From an uncultured Gemmatimonadales bacterium (GTDB lineage Bacteria > Gemmatimonadota > Gemmatimonadetes > Gemmatimonadales > GWC2-71-9), in NCBI GenBank assembly GCA_963748815.1, contig CAVVKJ010000007.1, positions 46,941 through 110,940 on the forward strand: 64,000 bases of DNA, written 5' to 3'. The translations under genes were made by a program, and so were the position numbers. Below the pieces are notes generated by a model, which did no database searches, was not told where the DNA came from, and worked only from the letters and a program-made list of their open reading frames with translations. Within the stretch, counting starts at the first letter, position 1, and each line of letters starts with the position of its first letter. Of the stretch, positions 55,408 through 64,000 are shown one piece after another.

Positions 55408-56516
55408 CCCGCGTCACCCGCCGACATCTTGTGCGCCTTCCGCCCGCCGCGCGGCGTCCGCTCCGTACCTTGCCCCGCCGCCACCAGCGCCGACGCCTTG
55501 GCGACCGTGCGTGCCGCCAGCTCCCGCGCCCCCTCGTGCAACTCCTCGCTCTCCTGCACCACGGCGACGTTTCGCTCCATGTCCTCCGCCGACCATCCTC
55601 GGCTGTGGGCGATGAACGGGAATTGCGGGAAGTCGAAACCGAGCTCTGCAAAGAACATCAGCATCTGTCCCGCCACCGCCTGCACGTTGTCCTGCCCCCC
55701 CGTGATGATGAATGCGGCCGCCTTGTTCCGGATCAGCACCCGGTCGCGGATGGTGACCTGATTCTGGATGCAGTTCATCCGCTCGATCAGCTTGAAGTAA
55801 AGCGAGCTGGCGCTTCCCCACCGGATGGGGGAGGCCAGGATGACCGCATCGGCCCAGAAGACGAGTCCCTCGTACACCTCGACCATCTGGTCCTTCGAGT
55901 CCATCTGGGTAATGGAGCAGGGCCAGGTGCAGGCGTGCGCACTCTTCGAGTAGTACCCCTCGCAATTCCGGACACGCAGGTCGTTGGCCTTGATCAATTT
56001 TGTCTCAGCGCCGAGCGTCCCGGCGTGCGCCAGCGCAATCTGGAGTAGCGCATCAGAGGTCGAATACCGGGGAAACTTTGCGTCCATCGCCGTGGTGGAC
56101 AGGCCGAGGACACGGATCGGTCCGGGCTCCCGCACGACGGGGCGTTCGAGCGGATGTCGCTCGTGCGGCGCCTTGTGCCGCTTCGTGGCCGGCACAGGGT
56201 TGAGCAGGAGCCTCCCGGCCTCCTCCCGCAGCTCGTGGCGCGGGACACAATCATCTTCATACCCCGGTTCGCCCTCACCCGTGGCGCGATGGAATTTCCA
56301 GTGGTGCCAGGGACAGACGATGTAGTCCCCGTCGAGGGTGCCATCGCCGAGCGGGCCCGCGGCGTGGTTGCACACCCCTGACACCGCACCGAACACCCCG
56401 TTCTGATAGCTGAGCGCGATCTTGAGCTTCCCGTGCGTGACCTGCCGGAGCGGGACGCCCTTCAGCTCCTCGACCGGACCGAGGTCGACCCAGCCAGAAT
56501 CACCCGTACCCTTCAT
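55404..56516 (-). CDS. Rieske ferredoxin fused to flavodoxin-like NADPH-dependent FMN reductase
   Basis: CNH...CPWH, then CEGYYS...CTWPC, ADAVILASPIRWG; start MKGTG at 56516. Confidence 0.85.
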   Translation of the reverse strand: MKGTGDSGWVDLGPVEELKGVPLRQVTHGKLKIALSYQNGVFGAVSGVCNHAAGPLGDGTLDGDYIVCPWHHWKFHRATGEGEPGYEDDCVPRHELREEAGRLLLNPVPATKRHKAPHERHPLERPVVREPGPIRVLGLSTTAMDAKFPRYSTSDALLQIALAHAGTLGAETKLIKANDLRVRNCEGYYSKSAHACTWPCSITQMDSKDQMVEVYEGLVFWADAVILASPIRWGSASSLYFKLIERMNCIQNQVTIRDRVLIRNKAAAFIITGGQDNVQAVAGQMLMFFAELGFDFPQFPFIAHSRGWSAEDMERNVAVVQESEELHEGARELAARTVAKASALVAAGQGTERTPRGGRKAHKMSAGDAG

Positions 56517-57616
56517 GGGCCCGTCCCTGCCGCGGCGTACCAGCCCACCACTCTTCCGGCGAGGGCATTCAGCCCCCCCTTGTCGGTGTTGACCGTAATC
56601 GCGACCACCAGGTCCTGGTCGGGATAGAGCGCAAGGAGGGATACCCCGCCGATGGAGCCGCCGGTGTGCGCAATCCGCCGCCGCCCCTGCGCGTCGGCAT
56701 CGACGCCCCACCCGATGCCGTAGGTCGTGGCGGTGCCGTCGCGCAGCGGCATTGGCGTCCACATCATCTCCCGCGTGGCAGCGGTCAGCAGCTTTCCGTC
56801 GAGCAACGCCTGCCCAAACCGCGCGAGGTCCTCGGTCGTGGAGAGAAATCCGCCGCTCGGCCATTTGTAGCTGTTGTCCACGTAGGGCGCGTTGCGGAGC
56901 GGGCTCCCACTGTCGGGGCCGGCATAGAAGCTGGTCCGGCCCGGGATGATGCTGTCGGGATAGTCGGCCACCGTGGCGTTCATGCCCAGCGGCGCGAAGA
57001 CCCGGTCATGCATGAACCGCAGGTAGGGCACCCCCGACGCCCCCTCGATGACGGCGCCCAGGAGGTTGTACCCGAAGGACGAGTAGCCGAACCGCGTCCC
57101 CGGCTCGAAGAGGAGCGAATCGTCCTCGAACATGCGGAGGCCGTCGCGGAGCGTCGGGTAGTACCGCTGATTCTCGAACTCACCCTCCTTGTAGTGCCGG
57201 ATGCCGGCCTGGTGACCGGCCAGCTGCCGGACGGTGACGGGCCAGGGCTTGCGGGGGAAGGTGGGGACGTACCGCTGTACCTCCGCGTCCAGGTCAAGCC
57301 GACCCTCATCGACCAGGAGGCCAAGTGCCACCGCCGTGAAGGGCTTTGCGATCGACCCGACGCGGTAGCGGGTGGACGCTCGGGCGGGCGCTGCCAACTC
57401 GACGTCTGCCATGCCAAACCCGCGGCTCAAGACGACCTTGCCGCCGCGTATCACCGTCACGGAGGCTCCGGGTATGCCGAGCTCCCGCATGCGCGCCGGG
57501 AACACAGCCTCGACAGAATCGCGGGGGACAACGCGTGCGGCGCCCGTGGTCGCCTGGGCGTCGAGCACCGCCGGCACCACCAGGAGGAAGAGGGCGATCG
57601 GCCAAGCCCGTCGCAT
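56513..57616 (-). CDS. Exported serine hydrolase (AmpC/beta-lactamase-related family)
   Basis: Signal peptide; SIAK, YSS, HTG motifs. Confidence 0.88.
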   Translation of the reverse strand: MRRAWPIALFLLVVPAVLDAQATTGAARVVPRDSVEAVFPARMRELGIPGASVTVIRGGKVVLSRGFGMADVELAAPARASTRYRVGSIAKPFTAVALGLLVDEGRLDLDAEVQRYVPTFPRKPWPVTVRQLAGHQAGIRHYKEGEFENQRYYPTLRDGLRMFEDDSLLFEPGTRFGYSSFGYNLLGAVIEGASGVPYLRFMHDRVFAPLGMNATVADYPDSIIPGRTSFYAGPDSGSPLRNAPYVDNSYKWPSGGFLSTTEDLARFGQALLDGKLLTAATREMMWTPMPLRDGTATTYGIGWGVDADAQGRRRIAHTGGSIGGVSLLALYPDQDLVVAITVNTDKGGLNALAGRVVGWYAAAGTGP

Positions 57617-57625
57617 GCGTGCTCC

Positions 57626-58990
57626 TCAGTTCAGTTGGACCAGGATTTCCTTGCCGCTCTCATCCACGGTGGCGTTCTTGAATTCAGCGAGGAATCCGGG
57701 GCCGCGAATGACCGTGGTGGTCGCGGTGCGTTCCACCACGGGGCGCACCGACAGGACGACCTCGACCCACGAGATGCCGTTGAAGATCGGATGTGGCCCG
57801 ATCCCGACCGTCCGCGCCTCGATGTCGGCGCCTGTCTCATCGAGCGCGCTCAGCTGTCCGGCGTCGTTCCCGAGCTTCAAGAACCTGGTGTGGATCAGCC
57901 CGCCGTCGACGCGGTCGATGTTGAGCGGGTCGAAACCCTGCGGCCAGAGCGGTCGGCCAGGCGCCGACTGGATGACCACCCGCGCCCCCTCCCTCGTTTC
58001 GAACGCCCGCTGCCGCTTTCCCCACCCCGCGGCGACCTCGGCGGCATCGATCCGCGCGTCCCGCTTGGCGGCGCCGATTTCCACCGGGGTGAAGGCGCAG
58101 GGCGCCGACGCCGCGGCGTCGCTCCCGGTGACCGCCGCCTCGAGGAGGGCATCGAGCGATTGCGTGTCGGCGGCGTTGAGCGCCTCCTGCCACCCGGGCC
58201 GGAGCCGGTCGAGGAGGATCGCCAGGGCGGGGCCGATGACGTAGGTCCGGTAGCGCACCGCCTCCGGCAGGAATTCCGCGACAGGAATGGCCACCGTCGA
58301 GCCACCGCCGGCCCGCAGCTGGATGTACGCCGCGAGCCCCTCGTTGAGTTCGGTCAGTCGCTCGTACGCGACGAAGGCCGAGTCCATTGCGGCGAATCGC
58401 TCACCGCGATACGTCAGCGCCACCCGCGTCCAGCAGGCGGCGCCGGCATTCTCGACGTTGGCCAGCGCGCGCCGGAGCGCCTCCGCCTCGAGGCGGCGCG
58501 CCGCAAGCAGGTCGGCGTTCGCGACCGGGTAGACGAGGAGGTCTCCCTCGTTGCCGGACCATCCGGGGTGATGGGTTCGCTGATAGACGTGGAACGCCTC
58601 GTGCAACGCGACGGCGGCGAGTTCCGCAGGCGGCCTGCGCTCCCGCGTCCCGGCGCCGAAGAGCGTGGCCGTCGTGACGCCCCCGATGTCCGCGCTGGAG
58701 TTGGAGGTGACGGCGGGGAACCGGCCCGGGAAAGCGACCGCCGCGGGGGCGCTGCCGGGCACCGGGACAAATCCGGCGGGCGGTTTCGGGTGGCGATACA
58801 GCCAGGTGCGCTCACCATCGAAGATGGCGAGCGGAATCGCGAGCGGCGCAAAGCCCGGCCAGAACGCCTGGCTCCCGGCCATCCGCTCGACCTCGCGCTC
58901 GATGGCCGGCGCTCCCGTGGTATCCTGCGCGGCCGCCGCCGCAGTCGTCACCAGCAGGGCCACCCCGGCGGCGGCCAGCGCTAGCCTCAC
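57626..58990 (-). CDS. Exported hypothetical protein with HExxH, probable zinc metallopeptidase
   Basis: Signal peptide; LHEAFH and downstream NEGLA. Confidence 0.65.
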   Translation of the reverse strand: MRLALAAAGVALLVTTAAAAAQDTTGAPAIEREVERMAGSQAFWPGFAPLAIPLAIFDGERTWLYRHPKPPAGFVPVPGSAPAAVAFPGRFPAVTSNSSADIGGVTTATLFGAGTRERRPPAELAAVALHEAFHVYQRTHHPGWSGNEGDLLVYPVANADLLAARRLEAEALRRALANVENAGAACWTRVALTYRGERFAAMDSAFVAYERLTELNEGLAAYIQLRAGGGSTVAIPVAEFLPEAVRYRTYVIGPALAILLDRLRPGWQEALNAADTQSLDALLEAAVTGSDAAASAPCAFTPVEIGAAKRDARIDAAEVAAGWGKRQRAFETREGARVVIQSAPGRPLWPQGFDPLNIDRVDGGLIHTRFLKLGNDAGQLSALDETGADIEARTVGIGPHPIFNGISWVEVVLSVRPVVERTATTTVIRGPGFLAEFKNATVDESGKEILVQLN

Positions 58991-58993
58991 CCG

Positions 58994-60109
58994 TTACGCC
59001 GAACCGGCAAAGCGCACAGCGTAGACCGGCGGGAGGTGCTCCGAGATCGCCTTCCAGGAATCGCCCTGGTCCTCCGTGATCCAGAGCGACCCGGTGGTGG
59101 TCCCGAAGGCGAGCCGGTCGCCGCTGGCGTCGATGTCGAGCCCATGCCGGTAGGTGATGTCGTACGCCTGACGCTGCGGCAGCCCCTTGGTGAGCGCCTC
59201 GAAGGTCCGCCCGCCGTCCCGCGTCCGATTCACGATGACCCGCCCATCCACCGGGATGCGCCGCTGGTCGCTCATGCCGGGCACGAACCACGCGGTGCCG
59301 CCGTCCCGTGGATGCACCACCACCGCAAACCCGAACGAGGAGGGCGCCACCTCGAGTTCGCGCCACGACGCGGCATCATCGGTGGAGCGGAAGATCCCGT
59401 TGTGGTGTTGCACCCACCAGTGCGCCGGCTGGGCCGGGCATTGCACGAGCCGGTGCACATCCTGCACGTGCGGATCGTTCGCCTGCTCGGGTGGGAAGTA
59501 GTCCGCGCGCATGCCGTGACTGCTGATGGTCCAGGTGGCGCCGCCGTCGGTCGTGAGCCAGACCCCTCCGGTCGAGACGCCCACCGCCACTCGCCGCGGA
59601 TCGCGCGGATCGACGCTCACCGAGTGGATGCCCGGGTAGTCCGCCCCGCCACCCATCCACTCGAGCCGCTTCGGATGGTCCCAGAGGGCGGTGTTGAGCT
59701 GCCAGCTCGTCCCCGCGTCATCGGAACGGAAGAGACCGCCGGGAATCGTCCCGCACCAGAGCGAGCCCGGCCGCGCGGGGTCCGCTGGCTCGAGCGCCCA
59801 GGTCAGCTGCACGCTGTCCGGAATCGTGCGCCCCATCGGGTCCATGCGCGGCGCGGTGCCCTCGGGGCGCGCCGGAAGTGCTGGCGTGGCAATCTCCTCC
59901 CACTTGCGCGCCCCCTGGCGCAACCGGTGGAGCTTCACGCCGAAGTGCCCGTGGCCGAGGGCCACATACACGGTACCGTCGCGCGGGTCGGGCAGGACCA
60001 TCGTGGCGTTGTCGCCGAGAAAGTGGATCTTCTTGATCGTCCATCTCGACTTGCCGCGTTCGACCTGGAAGAGGCCCTTGCGGGTGGCAACGAAAAGGCG
60101 CGTGCTCAT
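58994..60109 (-). CDS. Cytoplasmic BNR/Asp-box (sialidase-like) beta-propeller
   Basis: Start MSTRLFVATRKGLF at 60109; repeated SxDxGxxW; QHHNG; no signal peptide. Confidence 0.85.
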   Translation of the reverse strand: MSTRLFVATRKGLFQVERGKSRWTIKKIHFLGDNATMVLPDPRDGTVYVALGHGHFGVKLHRLRQGARKWEEIATPALPARPEGTAPRMDPMGRTIPDSVQLTWALEPADPARPGSLWCGTIPGGLFRSDDAGTSWQLNTALWDHPKRLEWMGGGADYPGIHSVSVDPRDPRRVAVGVSTGGVWLTTDGGATWTISSHGMRADYFPPEQANDPHVQDVHRLVQCPAQPAHWWVQHHNGIFRSTDDAASWRELEVAPSSFGFAVVVHPRDGGTAWFVPGMSDQRRIPVDGRVIVNRTRDGGRTFEALTKGLPQRQAYDITYRHGLDIDASGDRLAFGTTTGSLWITEDQGDSWKAISEHLPPVYAVRFAGSA

Positions 60110-60135
60110 CGGGTGGTTCCTCCGTCCCTGTGGGA

Positions 60136-60405
60136 TCAGCCCCCGGAGAGGGCCTGCATGACATACAGCTTGGAATCGGGCTGGACTGCGTCGCTGAGCC
60201 GCGCGCGGTCGAGGATCATCCGGCCATCGAGGAAGATGGCCATGTGCTTGCGGAGCTCCCCCTGCTCGTCGAGGACGTAGCCGCGGGCCTGCGGGTTTCC
60301 GGCAAACACCGCATCGAGGACCTCGCGCACGGTCCGACCCGGCACTGCCGTGGGCGGGCACGCCACGTGACGCTGGATGTTGTCCGTAAACGCTACCGTC
60401 GGCAT
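60136..60405 (-). CDS. MoaD/ThiS ubiquitin-like protein
   Basis: 89 aa, TVREVL, C-terminal ALSGG. Confidence 0.88.
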   Translation of the reverse strand: MPTVAFTDNIQRHVACPPTAVPGRTVREVLDAVFAGNPQARGYVLDEQGELRKHMAIFLDGRMILDRARLSDAVQPDSKLYVMQALSGG

Positions 60406-60417
60406 GCGTGGCCCTCC

Positions 60418-62127
60418 CTAGAATCCGCCGCCACCACCACCACCACCGCCACCCCCCGACGACCCGCCGCCGCCGAACCCCGACCCGCCCGAGCTGCGTG
60501 GTGACGAGCTCATGGTGCTTCCGGCCCGGGTCGACAGCGAGGACATCCGCGCGGAGAAGGTGCGGGAGTTGAACCCGGACATGTTGGTCCCGACGTACCA
60601 CGTCGGGGGCTCCCGGTAGATCTCCTCGAATGCCCGGGCCCACTTCGCCTCTACCCCAAACGCCATCGCATACGGCAGGAACGTCTCGAACATTTCCGGC
60701 GTCTTGACGATCCGGGCGTACCGGTCGCTGTCCACCCGGTGGAGGAACTCCTCGAACCCGCGGGTGTCCTCGTAGGCGCGGGCGCCGGCCACCGTGCGGG
60801 CCGGCATGATGTACCCGAAGATCGTCACGATGACGCCGCTCAGCACGGCCGCCACGATGAACGTGACCGGCGACATGCCGAACTTGTCGCCGATCACCGC
60901 CCCCACCAGCGCCATCGGAAAGGTGAGGAAGACGGCCCCGACCATCCACCCTGCCCGCACGCGGTCCGGCCGTGACCGGTACAGCCCTCGTTCCACGAGC
61001 CGATCGAAGGTGGAATTCTTGATCCGGGACAGGTATGTGTAGAACTCGTTCTCGAGGTCGGAGAGTTCGACCGTGCGCCTCCCGTGCCGGAACATCCCGT
61101 CCAGGACAAACTCCTCGTGCCGTTCGAGCGGACGCGCCTCCGGCTTCGGCTCCAGCCGGTGGAACACGTACTCCTGGTGTTTGAAGAGTCCGAAGAGGAC
61201 TTTCTCCTCCTTCTCTTCGATCTTGAGGTGCCCCTGCACCGCCAGGTGGACGATGGTCGCGGTGATGTCGCGCATGTCGACCTTCTCGTCGATCATCGTC
61301 CCCGCCTCGGCGGGCGTCAGCCCCTTCGGCGGCTCATAGCGCACGCCGATCGGCCGCTCCTCCGGGTCGCGACCCACCCTGCGCCAGAGCGTGTACATCC
61401 CGAGGAAGACGAGGACGGGGAGGCCAAGGGGCCAGTTGCTGGCCAGAAAGCCGGCGGCCTGCTCGACCGATGTCGGCTCGGTCACGGCGCCCTTGTTCCA
61501 GCCGACGACCGCCGTCACCCCCTCGTGAAAGCCAAGCGGTTGGGCCATCGTCACCGAGACCGTCGCGCCGTCGATGGCGACATCCGCGTTCTGCGAGGTG
61601 GAGCCGTAGGCGCCATCGAACGCGATGGCCCGCACCCCCGAGACGCCGGACGGCAGGTCGATCCGGGCCGTGACCGACTCGATCGGCACATCCCATTCAT
61701 CGCCGGTCACGTTCCAGTAGAGCTCGTCGTGGTCCTCGAAGAACCGGAGCCCGTTGGCGGCCCGATAGTGCAGGACCACCGTCCGGGTGGCGTTGTTCGC
61801 GCCCGGCACCCACAGTTTCAGCTTCAGGTAGTGGCGTTCGCGTGAGCGCTCCACCTTGAGCGGCGTCCCCTCGCCGTCGGTCGCGCGGATGTCGTCCAGC
61901 CGCAACGTCCACGAGAAGCCCTGCGGCGTCCGGTACTCCACTGGCACGGTCCGGTAGACGCCGTTCCACTGTCCGCTGAACTCCACCCGGATCTGTTCGG
62001 TGACGTCGATGCTGCCATCAGTGTTGACGGTGATCCGCGCGTCGAACTGCTTGATGGCCAGCGACCGCTGCGCCGCGGCGGGCGCCGCGGCGAGGCAGAG
62101 CGCCAGGACGAGCGCCAGCCGCCTCAC
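60418..62127 (-). CDS. DUF2207 (YciQ-like) membrane protein
   Basis: ELYWNVTG, PPKGLTPAEAG, LPYAMAFG, Gly/Ser-rich tail; downstream of lemA. Confidence 0.9.
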   Translation of the reverse strand: MRRLALVLALCLAAAPAAAQRSLAIKQFDARITVNTDGSIDVTEQIRVEFSGQWNGVYRTVPVEYRTPQGFSWTLRLDDIRATDGEGTPLKVERSRERHYLKLKLWVPGANNATRTVVLHYRAANGLRFFEDHDELYWNVTGDEWDVPIESVTARIDLPSGVSGVRAIAFDGAYGSTSQNADVAIDGATVSVTMAQPLGFHEGVTAVVGWNKGAVTEPTSVEQAAGFLASNWPLGLPVLVFLGMYTLWRRVGRDPEERPIGVRYEPPKGLTPAEAGTMIDEKVDMRDITATIVHLAVQGHLKIEEKEEKVLFGLFKHQEYVFHRLEPKPEARPLERHEEFVLDGMFRHGRRTVELSDLENEFYTYLSRIKNSTFDRLVERGLYRSRPDRVRAGWMVGAVFLTFPMALVGAVIGDKFGMSPVTFIVAAVLSGVIVTIFGYIMPARTVAGARAYEDTRGFEEFLHRVDSDRYARIVKTPEMFETFLPYAMAFGVEAKWARAFEEIYREPPTWYVGTNMSGFNSRTFSARMSSLSTRAGSTMSSSPRSSGGSGFGGGGSSGGGGGGGGGGGF

Positions 62128-62681
62128 GACGTGCCCTCGAGGTCGATGACCGGCACGGCGCCTTCGTTCCGGTCGCTCAGGCCGAAGAATTCCGCCTCAC
62201 GGAACTTGAACAGTCCCGCCACGAGGTTCGAGGGGAATTGCTGGACCTTGGTGTTGCGGTCGCGGACCACGGCGTTGTAGTAGCGACGTGCGTTCTGGAT
62301 GTGATCCTCGATGTCCGTCAGGTTCTTCTGCAGGGCGAGGTAGCTCTCGCCGGCCTGGAGTTCGGGATACGCCTCGGCCAGGACGAAGATCTGCCGCACC
62401 GCGCTGGCCAGCACCCGTTCCGCCTCCCCCGCCGCGGCTGGCCCACCGGCGTGCACGGCTCGATTGCGCGCCTCCACCACCGCCTCAAGCGTCCCCCGTT
62501 CGTACCCGGCGTGGCCTTTCACCGTGGCCACGAGCGACGGAATGAGATCGTGACGCCGTTTGAGTTGCACGTCGATGTCGGCCCAGGCGTTGTCGGTGAG
62601 CTGGCGGAGCCGGGTCAGGGCGTTGAAGGTGAAGACTGCGTACACCGTCGCCGCCAGGAGCAGGAGGAGGACGAGTCCCAT
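62124..62681 (-). CDS. lemA: LemA family protein
   Basis: AWADIDVQLKRRHDLIP, EAYPEL, RRYYNAVV, FPSNLVA. Confidence 0.93.
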   Translation of the reverse strand: MGLVLLLLLAATVYAVFTFNALTRLRQLTDNAWADIDVQLKRRHDLIPSLVATVKGHAGYERGTLEAVVEARNRAVHAGGPAAAGEAERVLASAVRQIFVLAEAYPELQAGESYLALQKNLTDIEDHIQNARRYYNAVVRDRNTKVQQFPSNLVAGLFKFREAEFFGLSDRNEGAVPVIDLEGTS

Positions 62682-62686
62682 GGTGA

Positions 62687-63100
62687 TCAGCCTTTCGCTG
62701 GGCGGGGAGCGCCGCGCGGCCGGGCAGCCACAACCGTCACGCCGACGATGCCAGCCACGCCGACCACCGCCACCCACACCGGATGCGGAATGGTCCAGAG
62801 GTTGTACACGGTGGCCGCCAGGATGACGCCTCCCACCAGGAGCCCCGGCCACCGCTGGCCGCTCCGGGCGACCCGCATGGCGGTGGTGACACCGGCGCCG
62901 GCCCCGAGAATCCATGCGGCGAGCAGGAACAGGAACGACCCGACGGGCATCTGTGACATTGCGGCGGCGATAGACGCCGGGTTGGTCGGGTCCATCCCGG
63001 GCGGCGGGGGAATCAGCCGCATGCCGAGCGTCTCGACCAGCCCGACCACCACGATCCCGACAGCGACACCGGCAAAGACTCCGAGAATCGAGCGGCCCAT
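62687..63100 (-). CDS. Hypothetical 4-TM membrane protein
   Basis: Hydrophobic, IPHPVW motif, co-oriented with neighbours. Confidence 0.7.
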   Translation of the reverse strand: MGRSILGVFAGVAVGIVVVGLVETLGMRLIPPPPGMDPTNPASIAAAMSQMPVGSFLFLLAAWILGAGAGVTTAMRVARSGQRWPGLLVGGVILAATVYNLWTIPHPVWVAVVGVAGIVGVTVVAARPRGAPRPAKG

Positions 63101-63119
63101 GGGCGCCTCTTGAGCGAGA

Positions 63120-64000
63120 TCAGTGATCGCGGCGGGAAGTCGCCAGCCATGCCAGCCCGCCGAGTGCCAGCACGACCGTCAGTTGTATGATATCCCCGCG
63201 GGGCCGGGACGCCAGCAACCCCAGGCAGACCAACACGCAGGCGATCGCCAGGAGGGAACCTGCGGGGGCGCGGAAGGACGCCGGCGACCGCGCGCCGTCG
63301 CGGCGCAGCACCGGGAGCGCCGCACAGGTCACGATGTAGACGATGACGCGCAGCCCGACCGTGATTGAGACGGCCGTGGTAAACGTCGTCACCACCGTGA
63401 AAACGAGCATGCCGGCGGCGGACACCAGCAGGCCGACGTGCGGGGTCCGATGGCGCGGGTGGATCGCCGCGATGCCCTTGGGCAGCTGCCCCCGCTCGGC
63501 CATCGCGAAGGGCATCCGCCCGGCGCCCAGCAGGATCGCATGCGCCACGCCGAACGTCGAGAGGAGCGCGCCCGTGACCATCACCAGCGCTCCCCTCCGG
63601 CCAAAGATCTGTTCGGCGGCATCGGCCAGCGGCCGGGTAGACGATCCGAGGTCGGCCAGCGTGCCGACGGCCACGACCTGGACCCCCACGTACACCAGCG
63701 CGACAATCGACAGCCCCGCCAGGAGGGCAAATGGCACCGTCCGGTCCGGGTCCCGTACCTCGCCGCTTGGCACGCCCAGGACCTCGAACCCGCTGAACGC
63801 GTAGATGGCCAGGAGCACCGCGCTGGCGAACGCCGCGGTCGCAGGCGCCGCCGTCGGCGCCAGGCGCGCCGGCTCGATGTAGAACAGCCCGATCCCGACG
63901 AAGAGGGCGAGCGGGACCAGCTTGGCGACCGTGAACAGGTTGTTCACCGTGCCCGCGCGTCGGACGCCGAGCAGATTGGCGGCGGAAAGCGCCACGACGA
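63120..64000 (-). CDS. APC-family amino acid permease (5' end outside the window)
   Basis: AKLVPL, YAFSGFE, GEVRDP, HPRHRTP. Confidence 0.88.
   Translation of the reverse strand, partial: VVALSAANLLGVRRAGTVNNLFTVAKLVPLALFVGIGLFYIEPARLAPTAAPATAAFASAVLLAIYAFSGFEVLGVPSGEVRDPDRTVPFALLAGLSIVALVYVGVQVVAVGTLADLGSSTRPLADAAEQIFGRRGALVMVTGALLSTFGVAHAILLGAGRMPFAMAERGQLPKGIAAIHPRHRTPHVGLLVSAAGMLVFTVVTTFTTAVSITVGLRVIVYIVTCAALPVLRRDGARSPASFRAPAGSLLAIACVLVCLGLLASRPRGDIIQLTVVLALGGLAWLATSRRDH

Noticed and set aside
56513..57616. True beta-lactamase resistance gene
   Set aside because: YxS and HTG motifs fit the broad esterase/peptidase branch; activity cannot be inferred
13644..58984. Many long antisense or alternate-frame ORFs (e.g. 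13644-17612 -, 18450-21173 -, 31802-34030 +, 49491-51854 -, 56666-58984 +)
   Set aside because: Shadow ORFs expected at very high GC; Arg/Pro/Gly-rich, no motifs, and they overlap well-supported genes
60421..60495. GGT/GGC-rich low-complexity repeat
   Set aside because: Encodes the normal Gly/Ser tail of DUF2207 proteins

Overview
A gene-dense, very GC-rich bacterial chromosomal segment with about 68 CDS and no rRNA, tRNA, CRISPR array, prophage or IS element that I can recognise. The gene repertoire (Ser/Thr kinase-TPR, SARP/BTAD-ATPase, caa3 oxidase, DUF4097/ECF cassette) suggests Gemmatimonadota, but that is inference. Main points: (1) a compact, translationally coupled anaerobic dearomatisation operon (oah-dch-bcrC-bcrB, two short HgdC-like ATPase subunits, a small CxxC protein, had, hemerythrin; 47762-55407), headed by a PaaX-family regulator with a 4-Cys insertion rather than a Bad/Bzd-type regulator; (2) a Cyc2-like fused cytochrome-porin followed by a periplasmic cytochrome c (4960-6581), in the same window as an A1-type caa3 oxidase operon; (3) an uncharacterised four-gene module (His-rich membrane protein, DUF6644-like protein, two Tat-exported Rieske proteins) behind a consensus sigma54 promoter and IHF-like sites in an AT-rich spacer; (4) a YtrA-type ABC operon divergent from an ECF sigma cassette, with readable promoter and operator; (5) small cis-elements near greA (G-rich octamer array, REP-like double palindrome, leader terminator). 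At least 12 genes or gene segments are broken by +1 single-base insertions, mostly in G/C runs. These look like assembly errors and create several spurious long fusion ORFs in the supplied track. All family assignments come from motif recognition by eye; no searches were run.
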